From: Eledone cirrhosa
Lineage: Eukaryota
Length of the DNA: 64,000 nt
NCBI GenBank assembly: GCA_964016885.1
Contig: CAXHJY010000168.1
Coordinates: 62,001 to 126,000, forward strand
Reading direction: 5' to 3'
The notes under the pieces were generated by a model. That model ran no database searches. It was not told the origin of the DNA and saw nothing but the letters and a program-made list of their open reading frames with translations. Position numbers and translations under genes: made by a program. Shown here one piece after another: positions 1-9,796 of the stretch (the stretch's first letter is position 1; each line of letters opens with the position of its first letter).

Positions 1-498
1 TTTTTATTTGGGTGATCCATTTTTTATTTGGGGGATCCATTTTTTATTTGGGGGATCCATTTTTTATTTGAGTGATCCATTTTTTATTTGGGGGATCCAT
101 TTTTTATTTGGGGGATCCATTTTTTATTTGGGTGATCCATTTTTTATTTGGGTGATCCATTTTTTATTTGGGCGATGCATTTTTTATTTGGGGGATCCAT
201 TTTCTATTTGGGTGATCCATTTTTTATTTGGGTGATCCATTTTTTATTTGGGGGATCCATTTTTTATTGGGGGGATCCATTTTTTATTTGGGGGGATCCA
301 TTTTTTATTTGGGGGATCCATTTTTTATTTAGGTGATCCATTTTTTATTTGGGCGATCCAGTTTTTATTTGGGGGATCCAGTTTTTATTTGGGTGATCCA
401 TTTTTTATTCGGGTGATCCATTTTTTATTTGGGTGATCCATTTTTTATTTGGGTGATCCATTTTTTATTTGGGTGATCCATTTTTTATTTGGGGGATC

Positions 499-1051
499 TG
501 TAGTGACCTACATTCCGCGGGCTCACATACATTCTCTGTGCGTGATTTGGCTCAGTTCAGCCAATCAGCGCCAGTAGAAGAGGATGTATCCCTACGCGCC
601 CTGAGGAAGAAATTCACCGCGAAGATTTGAAGAATCTCGGTCTTGTACCGGAAACTTCAAGCCAGCAACACGCATAATGTAACAGTGAGATATTGCACCC
701 CTAGCCTCGCCGGCTTAACGGCGCAATGGCACATTCCCTAATGTAACCTCTTTTTATCTGTAACTTCAACCATATAAATAAACAAACATTTCATCTCTAA
801 TTACTGCAGTTGAAGTCGTTGTTATGTTACTCCTGTCTCAATGACATCTTTAATCCATGCTGCTGGAATTGGCGACCTGACGAAAGGAATATTGTAAATA
901 GATGGTAAATAGATCATGGGACCTTCCCTCACGTCTATGCCGACAAGATAATCCAACGAGGATACTATCACTTACCACACTGGCAACTAAAGACCACTGA
1001 TTCTACCACCCTGCTAAAGTGGCAATAACATCTACAACTAATACTGCTAAA
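499..1051 (+). mobile_element. Solo LTR copy 1 (553 bp), not followed by a full element
   Basis: TGTAGTGACC...ACTGCTAAA, flanked by GATC at 495-498 and 1052-1055; same sequence as the terminal repeats of the 2.68-kb element. Confidence 0.93.
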
Positions 1052-3575
1052 GATCCATTTTTTATTTGGGGGATCCATTTTTTATTTGAGAGATTCATTT
1101 TTTATTTGGGTGATCCATTTTTTATTTGGGTGATCCATTTTTGATTTGGGGGATCCATTTTTTATTTGGGTGATCCCTTTTTTATTTGGGTGATCTATTT
1201 TTTATTTGGGGGATCCTTTTTTATTTGGGTGATCCATTTTTTATTTGGGGTATCCATTTTTTATTTGGGGGATCCATTTTTTATTTGGGTGATCCATTTT
1301 TTATTTGGGGGATCCATTTTTTATTTGGGGGATCCATTTTTTATTTGGGTGATCCATTTTTCATTTGTGGGATCCATTTTTTATTTGGGTGATCCATTTT
1401 TTACTTGGGTGATCCATTTTTTATTTGAGGGATGCATTTTTTATTTGGGTGATCCATTTTTTATTTGGGTGAACCATATTTTATTTGGGGGGATCCATTT
1501 TTTATTAGGGTGATCCATATTTTATTTGGGTGATACATTTTTTATTTTGGGGATCCATTTTTTATTTGGGTGATCCATTTTTATTTGGGGGATCCATTTT
1601 TTATTTGGGGGATCCATTTTTCATTTGGGTGATCCATATTTTATTTGGGGGATCCATTTTTTATTTGGGTGATCCATTTTTTATTTGGGTGATCCATTTT
1701 TTATTTGAGGGATCCATTTTTTATTTGGGTGATCCATTTTTTATTTGGGGGATCCATTTTTTATTTGTGGGATCCATTTTTTATTTGGGTGATCCATTTT
1801 TTATTTGGGGGATCCATTTTTTATTTGGGTGATCCATTTTTTATTTGGGTGATCCATTTTTTATTTGGGTGATCCATTTTTTATTTGGGTGATCCATTTT
1901 TTATTTGGGTGATCCATTTTTTATTTGGGTGATCCATTTTTTATTTGGGGGATCCATTTTTTATTTGGGGGATCCATTTTTTATTTGGGTGATCCATTTT
2001 TTATTTGGGGGATCTATTTTTTATTTGGGTGATCCATTTTTTATTTGGGGGATCCATTTTTTATTTGGGGGACCCATTTTTTATTTGGGTGATCCATTTT
2101 TTATTTGGGGGATCCATTTTTTATTTGGGTGATCCATTTTTTATTTGGGTGATCCATTTTATATTTGGGTGATCCATTTTTTATTTGAGGGATCCATTTT
2201 TTATTTGGGTGATCCATTTTTTATTTGGGTGATCCATTTTTTATTTGGGGGATCCATTTTTTATTTGGGTGATCCATTTTTTATTTGGGTGATCCATTTT
2301 TTTATTTGGGGGATCCATTTTTTATTTGGGTGATCCATTTTTTATTTGGGGGATCCATTTCTTATATGGGTGATCCATTTTTTATTTGGGTGATCCATTT
2401 TTTATTTGGGGGATCCAGTTTTTATTTGGGGGATCCATTTTTTATTTGGGTGATCCATTTTTTATTTGGGGGATCCATTTTTGATTTGGGTGATCCATTT
2501 TTTATTTGGGTGATCCATTTTTTATTTGGGTGATCCATTTTTTATTTGGATGATCCATTTTTTATTTGGGTGATACATTTTTTATTTGGGGGATCCATTT
2601 TTTATTTGGGTGATCCATTTTTTATTTGGGGGATCCATTTTTTATTTGGGTGATCCATTTTTTATTTGGGTGATCCATCTTTTATTTGGGGGATCCATTT
2701 TTTATTTGGGTGATCCATTTTTTATTTGGGTGATCCATTTTTTATTTGGGTGATCCATTTTTTATTTGGGTGATCCATTTTTTATTTGGATGATCCATTT
2801 TTTATTTGGGTGATCCATTTTTTATTTGGAGGATCCATTTTTTATTTGGGTGATCCATTTTTTATTTGGGGGATCCATTTTTTATTTGGTGGATCCATTT
2901 TTTATTTGGGTGATCCATTTTTTATTTGGGGGGTCCATTTTTTATTTGGGTGATCCATTTTTTATTTGGGTGATCCATTTTTTATTTGGGGGATCCATTT
3001 TTTATTTGGGTGATCCATTTTTTATTTGGGTGATCCATATTTTATTTGGGTGATCCATTTTTTATTTTGGGGATCCATTTTTTATTTGGGTGATCCATTT
3101 TTTATTTGGGGGATCCATTTTTTATTTGGGGGATCCATTTTTTATTTGAGTGATCCATTTTTTATTTGGGGGATCCATTTTTTATTTGGGTGATCCATTT
3201 TTTATTTGGGTGATCCATTTTTTATTTGGGTGATCCATTTTTTATTTGGGCGATGCATTTTTTATTTGGGGGATCCATTTTCTATTTGGGTGATCCATTT
3301 TTTATTTGGGTGATCCATTTTTTATTTGGGGGATCCATTTTTTATTGGGGGGATCCATTTTTTATTTGGGGGATCCATTTTTTATTTGGGGGATCCATTT
3401 TTTATTTAGGTGATCCATTTTTTATTTGGGCGATCCATTTTTTATTTGGGGGATCCAGTTTCTATTTGGGTGATCCATTTTTTATTCGGGTGATCCATTT
3501 TTTATTTGGGTGATCCATTTTTTATTTGGGTGATCCATTTTTTATTTGGGTGATCCATTTTTTATTTGGGGGATC

Positions 3576-4128
3576 TGTAGTGACCTACATTCCGCGGGCT
3601 CACATACATTCTCTGTGCGTGATTTGGCTCAGTTCAGCCAATCAGCGCCAGTAGAAGAGGATGTATCCCTACGCGCCCTGAGGAAGAAATTCACCGCGAA
3701 GATTTGAAGAATCTCGGTCTTGTACCGGAAACTTCAAGCCAGCAACACGCATAATGTAACAGTGAGATATTGCACCCCTAGCCTCGCCGGCTTAACGGCG
3801 CAATGGCACATTCCCTAATGTAACCTCTTTTTATCTGTAACTTCAACCATATAAATAAACAAACATTTCATCTCTAATTACTGCAGTTGAAGTCGTTGTT
3901 ATGTTACTCCTGTCTCAATGACATCTTTAATCCATGCTGCTGGAATTGGCGACCTGACGAAAGGAATATTGTAAATAGATGGTAAATAGATCGAGGGACC
4001 TTCCCTCACGTCTATGCCGACAAGATAATCCAACGAGGATACTATCACTTACCACACTGGCAACTAAAGACCACTGATTCTACCACCCTGCTAAAGTGGC
4101 AATAACATCTACAACTAATACTGCTAAA
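3576..4128 (+). mobile_element. Solo LTR copy 2 (553 bp)
   Basis: Same 553-bp sequence with GATC on both sides; carries the solo-type alleles (ctcGGtc, ctgcAg, actcCtg, caatGac, tatgCcg, actaaAga, ggcAata). Confidence 0.93.
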
Positions 4129-4392
4129 GATCCATTTTTTATTTGGGGGATCCATTTTTTATTTGGGTGATCCATTTTTTATTTGGGTGATCCATTTTTT
4201 ATTTGGGGGATCCATTTTTTATTTGGGTGATCCATTTTTTATTTGGGTGATCCATTTTTTATTTGGGTGATCCATTTTTTATTTGGGGGTTCCATTTTTT
4301 ATTTGGGTGATCCATTTTTTATTTGGGGGATCTGTAGTGACCTACATTCCGCGGGCTCACATACATTCTCTGTGCGTGATTTGGCTCAGTTC

Positions 4393-4402
4393 AGCCAATC
4401 AG
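4393..4402 (+). promoter_or_regulatory. CCAAT box (AGCCAATCAG) in putative U3 of the LTR
   Basis: Matches the NF-Y consensus RRCCAATSRG. Present in the 5' and solo LTRs; reads ACCCAATCAG in the 3' LTRs. Confidence 0.5.
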
Positions 4403-4606
4403 CGCCAGTAGAAGAGGATGTATCCCTACGCGCCCTGAGGAAGAAATTCACCGCGAAGATTTGAAGAATTTCGCTCTTGTACCGGAAACTTCAAGCCAGC
4501 AACACGCATAATGTAACAGTGAGATATTGCACCCCTAGCCTCGCCGGCTTAGCGGCGCAATGGCACATTCCCTAATGTAACCTCTTTTTATCTGTAACTT
4601 CAACCA

Positions 4607-4616
4607 TATAAATAAA
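4607..4616 (+). promoter_or_regulatory. Overlapping TATAAA / AATAAA (probable LTR polyadenylation signal)
   Basis: TATAAATAAA with a GT-rich tract (GTCGTTGTTATGTT) about 33 nt downstream. AATAAA is present in every LTR copy. Confidence 0.5.
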
Positions 4617-4886
4617 CAAACATTTCATCTCTAATTACTGCGGTTGAAGTCGTTGTTATGTTACTCGTGTCTCAATAACATCTTTAATCCATGCTGCTGG
4701 AATTGGCGACCTGACGAAAGGAATATTGTAAATAGATGGTAAATAGATCGAGGGACCTTCCCTCACGTCTATGTCGACAAGATAATCCAACGAGGATACT
4801 ATCACTTACCACACTGGCAACTAACGACCACTGACTCTACCACCCTGCTAAAGTGGCGATAACATCTACAACTAATACTGCTAAAG

Positions 4887-4899
4887 TGGTGACCGACGT
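4887..4899 (+). promoter_or_regulatory. Primer binding site, degenerate tRNA-Trp-like (TGGTGACCGACGT)
   Basis: Lies directly after the 5' LTR, starts with TGG (complement of tRNA CCA) and matches the metazoan tRNA-Trp PBS TGGTGACCCCGACGT except for two missing C. Also at 10351-10363, 18537-18549, 31238-31250. Confidence 0.7.
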
Positions 4900-6441
4900 A
4901 AGAATGTCACGCAGCCCTTCTTATTCATTCAGTTTAACTTTTATTGCCACGTCGCAACTTGCGAAAATCCAGAATATTCCTTTTAAGATTTTTGAAAAAT
5001 TAGCAGTATTTCAAAAACTATTTCGCCACGAAAAAATTTCAAGATGGCTACCGACATGTCATGGCTACGCTTGACAACAACAATGACAGCAGCAGCGACA
5101 GCGTTGTTTAACCACTGACCAATACAGGGAACAGTGAGTGGCAGCTTCATAACCTTACCAACGCCAACCACCACACATCGGAAATTTCAAAACGGCTTGT
5201 AACTTTACCGACGCAACCACCATACCTTCTGTCTCGTTACCACAGGGACGCGAGAAATTGAGACAGTAGTTTTCTCACCATTATGGCGTCAGACGTGACT
5301 GCCATATTTGGTGACTCCTACTCTACAGAAGATTCTTTGACTTTGCTTTAACAATAAGCAACACAACCGTGTGGCGGGACGGGAAAATGGCCACGAAATC
5401 TCACAAAAACACCATACATCTAACCCCTAACGGCATTAACAAACTTCTTTTTCAGTTTTCAGATAGAACTAGTGTCTGTACACTGGTGATGTGTGAACTA
5501 ATTGACTTTGAAAAACTTTGAACTTATTGAGCAATTTCTCTGCTCCCCTAGATTGACTTTGAATTATCAGTTTGTTACATTCACATATTTCTTTGTAGAA
5601 TGCATTTACTTGTTTTGTGCTCTTTTGCTATTTGCTTGCTCATGGTTTTTGTTCATTCACATTCTTTGCTGTTTTACATGCCTGCATATGCACACATTTT
5701 TTTTATCACACACCAACATGTTGTTCTTGGTATATGTTCTTCAAACGTAATATTCTGCGAGTCCCTTTTCACCTGGTTGAGATGCTGGCAGCGCACAGAG
5801 CTTAATCCACTGGATTCAAACAGTCACCGCAACACGAGAATACTAATTGCCGCTGAACTCAAACAGCTTCGCATCTCGTTGCACACTGATTGTCCATGAC
5901 GGCCATCCGTCTAGTTGGTTTTGCCCGACTCGCTGGGAAAGCAACAAATTGAACTGGACTTGTTAGCATTTCGGCCACTTCTGTGGATTCGCCCAAATTA
6001 TGGAATTTACACTGCAACCCACCTACAAATTAAACTTGCCTTTTGTTCTTTACAAAGCAACTAGCCTTTTTTCCTGGCTCCACAGCACATTCGACAATAC
6101 ATCAGGGGGCCATCATTTTCTCGCCAGCACTGGTAAACTACCATAATAGCTTCGTTCACAGCTACTGGTACAACGCTTACCATTAACATTTAATGCAAGA
6201 ACAGTAACTTCGCCCATGTCAGACTTTATCCGTTTTTTGTTAGACCTTTGGCGGTCACGTATAAACAACAAAACAACTGGTCATTTGACACAGCGGCTCA
6301 ACACGGCCCGTAGCGCCTCATTTTTTGTTCTTGCATACAACCTTCTGCTCAATTATTTTTTTCACTGATGAGCTCTTTCAGCATTTGTTCTTGCTGATTT
6401 AATATGTGAGTCCTTGGTTTCTTCGTTATCGATTTTCGGAT

Positions 6442-6461
6442 GAAAATCTGGTTGGAGGTGA
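6442..6461 (+). promoter_or_regulatory. Polypurine-tract-like plus-strand primer (GAAAATCTGGTTGGAGGTGA)
   Basis: Purine-biased run ending GGAGGTGA, directly abutting the 3' LTR in all four elements; imperfect. Confidence 0.55.
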
Positions 6462-7014
6462 TGTAGTGACCTACATTCCGCGGGCTCACATACATTCTCT
6501 GTGCGTGATTTGGCTCAGTTCACCCAATCAGCGCCAGTAGAAGAGGATGTATCCCTACGCGCCCTGAGGAAGAAATTCACCGCGAAGTTTTGAAGAATCT
6601 CGCTCTTGTACCGGAAACTTCAAGCCAGCAACACGCATAATGTAACAGTGAGATATTGCACCCCTAGCCTCGCCGGCTTAACGGCGCAATGGCACATTCC
6701 CTAATGTAACCTCTTTTTATCTGTAACTTCAACCATATGAATAAACAAACATTTCATCTCTAATTACTGCGGTTGAAGTCGTTGTTATGTTACTCGTGTC
6801 TCAATAACATCTTTAATCCATGCTGCTGGAATTGGCGACCTGACGAAAGGAATATTGTAAATAGATGGTAAATAGATCGAGGGACCTTCCCTCACGTCTA
6901 TGTCGACAAGATAATCCAACGAGGATACTATCACTTACCACACTGGCAACTAACGACCACTGATTCTACCACCCTGCTAAAGTGGCGATAACATCTACAA
7001 CTAATACTGCTAAA
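6462..7014 (+). repeat. 3' LTR of element copy 1
   Basis: Direct repeat of 4333-4885, followed by GATC. Confidence 0.93.
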
Positions 7015-9039
7015 GATCCATTTTTTATTTGGGGGATCCATTTTTTATTTGGGTGATCCATTTTTTATTTGGGTGATCCATTTTTTATTTGGGGGATCCA
7101 ATTTTTATTTGGGTGATCCATTTTTTATTTGGGTGATCCATTTTTTATTTGGGTGATCCATTTTTTATTTGGGTGATCCATTTTTTATTTGGGTGATCCA
7201 TTTTTTATTTGGGGTATCCATTTTTAATTTGGGTGTACCATTTTTTATTTGGGTGATCCATTTTTTATTTGGGGGGTCCATTTTTTATTTGGGTGATCCA
7301 TTTTTTATTTGGAGGATCCATTTTTTATTTGGGTGATCCATTTTTTATTTGGGGTATCCATTTTTAATTTGGGTGTACCATTTTTTATTTGGGTGATCCA
7401 TTTTTTATTTGGGGGGTCCATTTTTTATTTGGGTGATCCATTTTTTAATTGGGTGATCCATTTTTTATTTGGGTGATCCATTTTTTATTTGGGGGATCCA
7501 TTTTTTATTTGGGGGATCCATTTTTCATTTGGGTGATCCATTTTTTATTTGGGGGATCCATTTTTTATTTGGGTGATCCATTTTTTATTTGGGTGATCCA
7601 TTTTTTATTTGGGTGATCCATTTTATATTTGGGTGATCCATTTTTTATTTGAGGGATCCATTTTTTATTTGGGTGATCCATTTTTTATTTGGGTGATCCA
7701 TTTTTTATTTGGGGGATCCATTTTTTATTTGGGTGATCCATTTTTTATTTGGGTGATCCATTTTTTATTTGGGGGATCCATTTTTTATTTGGGTGATCCA
7801 TTTTTTATTTGGGGGATCCATTTCTTATTTGGGTGATCCATTTTTTATTTGGGTGATCCATTTTTTATTTGGGGGATCCAGTTTTTCTTTGGGGGATCCA
7901 TTTTTTATTTGGGTGATCCATTTTTTATTTGGGGGATCCATTTTTTATTTGGGTGATCCATTTTTTATTTGGGTGATCCATTTTTTATTTGGGTGATCCA
8001 TTTTTTATTTGGATGATCCATTTTTTATTTGGGTGATACACTTTTTATTTGGGGGATCCATTTTTTATTTGGGTGATCCATTTTTTATTTGGGGGATCCA
8101 TTTTTTATTTGGGTGATCCATTTTTTATTTGGGTGATCCATTTTTTATTTGGGTGATCCATTTTTTATTTGGGTGATCCATTTTTTATTTGGGTGATCCA
8201 TTTTTTATTTGGGTGATCCATTTTTTATTTGGGTGATCCATTTTTTATTTGGATGATCCATTTTTTATTTGGGTGATCCATTTTTTATTTGGAGGATCCA
8301 TTTTTTATTTGGGTGATCCATTTTTTATTTGGGGGATCCATTTTTTATTTGGTGGATCCATTTTTTATTTGGGTGATCCATTTTTTATTTGAGGGATCCA
8401 TTTTTTATTTGGGTGATCCATTTTTTATTTGGGTGATCCATTTTTTATTTGGGGGATCCATTTTTTATTTGGGTGATCCATTTTTTATTTGGGTGATCCA
8501 TATTTTATTTGGGTGATCCATTTTTTATTTTGGGGATCCATTTTTTATTTGGGTGATCCATTTTTTATTTGGGGGATCCATTTTTTATTTGGGGGATCCA
8601 TTTTTTATTTGAGTGATCCAATTTTTATTTGGGGGATCCATTTTTTATTTGGGTGATCCATTTTTTATTTGGGTGATCCATTTTTTATTTGGGTGATCCA
8701 TTTTTTATTTGGGCGATGCATTTTTTATTTGGGGGATCCATTTTCTATTTGGGTGATCCATTTTTTATTTGGGTGATCCATTTTTTATTTGGGGGATCCA
8801 TTTTTTATTGGGGGGATCCATTTTTTATTTGGGGGGATCCATTTTTTATTTGGGGGATCCATTTTTTATTTAGGTGATCCATTTTTTATTTGGGCGATCC
8901 ATTTTTTATTTGGGGGATCCAGTTTTTATTTGGGTGATCCATTTTTTATTCGGGTGATCCATTTTTTATTTGGGTGATCCATTTTTTATTTGGGTGATCC
9001 ATTTTTTATTTGGGTGATCCATTTTTTATTTGGGGGATC

Positions 9040-9592
9040 TGTAGTGACCTACATTCCGCGGGCTCACATACATTCTCTGTGCGTGATTTGGCTCAGTTCA
9101 GCCAATCAGCGCCAGTAGAAGAGGATGTATCCCTACGCGCCCTGAGGAAGAAATTCACCGCGAAGATTTGAAGAATCTCGGTCTTGTACCGGAAACTTCA
9201 AGCCAGCAACACGCATAATGTAACAGTGAGATATTGCACCCCTAGCCTCGCCGGCTTAACGGCGCAATGGCACATTCCCTAATGTAACCTCTTTTTATCT
9301 GTAACTTCAACCATATAAATAAACAAACATTTCATCTCTAATTACTGCAGTTGAAGTCGTTGTTATGTTACTCCTGTCTCAATGACATCTTTAATCCATG
9401 CTGCTGGAATTGGCGACCTGACGAAAGGAATATTGTAAATAGATGGTAAATAGATCGAGGGACCTTCCCTCACGTCTATGCCGACAAGATAATCCAACGA
9501 GGATACTATCACTTACCACACTGGCAACTAAAGACCACTGATTCTACCACCCTGCTAAAGTGGCAATAACATCTACAACTAATACTGCTAAA
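9040..9592 (+). mobile_element. Solo LTR copy 3 (553 bp)
   Basis: Solo-type alleles, GATC flanks, exactly 5464 bp after solo copy 2. Confidence 0.93.
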
Positions 9593-9796
9593 GATCCATT
9601 TTTTATTTGGGGGATCCATTTTTTATTTGGGTGATCCATTTTTTATTTGGGTGATCCATTTTTTATTTGGGGGATCCATTTTTTATTTGGGTGATCCATT
9701 TTTTATTTGGGTGATCCATTTTTTATTTGGGTGATCCATTTTTTATTTGGGGGATCCATTTTTTATTTGGGTGATCCATTTTTTATTTGGGGGATC

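Larger units (their letters stand above)
4333..4885 (+). repeat. 5' LTR of element copy 1
   Basis: Direct repeat of 6462-7014; I count about six substitutions between them. Confidence 0.93.
4333..7014 (+). mobile_element. Non-autonomous LTR retroelement copy 1 (2682 bp; TRIM/LARD-like, probably Ty3/Gypsy-dependent)
   Basis: 553-bp direct terminal repeats (4333-4885, 6462-7014), GATC 4-bp TSD, PBS-like TGGTGACC 1 nt after the 5' LTR, purine-rich tract before the 3' LTR, and a 1576-bp interior with no gag/pol-sized ORF. The Gypsy dependence is inferred from the 4-bp TSD and PBS. Confidence 0.92.

Noticed and set aside
4428-4495. Hammerhead ribozyme (retrozyme) suggested by CTGAGGA...GAAAC in the LTR; also CTGACGA at 4711 and CTGATGA near 6365
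   Set aside because: I could not build stem II closed by GAAA together with an NUH cleavage site next to stem I for any of them. An Infernal or RNAMotif search would be decisive.
4520-4670. HDV-like or twister-like ribozyme motifs (GCCTCGCCGGC...GGCGCAATGG; TAAT...CGGTTGAAGTCG)
   Set aside because: Only superficial word similarity; the required pseudoknot pairings and loop lengths were not found.
4333-4885. 5S rRNA- or tRNA-derived LTR (Cassandra-like element)
   Set aside because: No recognisable 5S sequence, Pol III A/B/C box arrangement or cloverleaf by eye.
3576-4885. Solo LTR + 204 bp satellite + next LTR as a separate TRIM that captured satellite
   Set aside because: There is no PBS or PPT at the satellite junctions, each LTR junction has its own GATC, and the two LTRs belong to different sequence classes.
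5420-5431. Telomere-like CTAACCCCTAAC
   Set aside because: Fewer than two imperfect units; better explained by chance or as branch-point-like CTAAC motifs.
4853-6136. Short interior ORFs as gag/pol/env remnants
   Set aside because: All are under 100 aa, overlap in several frames, mostly use non-ATG starts and show no CCHC, protease, RT or integrase motifs. Some are broken in individual copies (TAG at 6062 in copies 1-2; a frameshift in copy 4).
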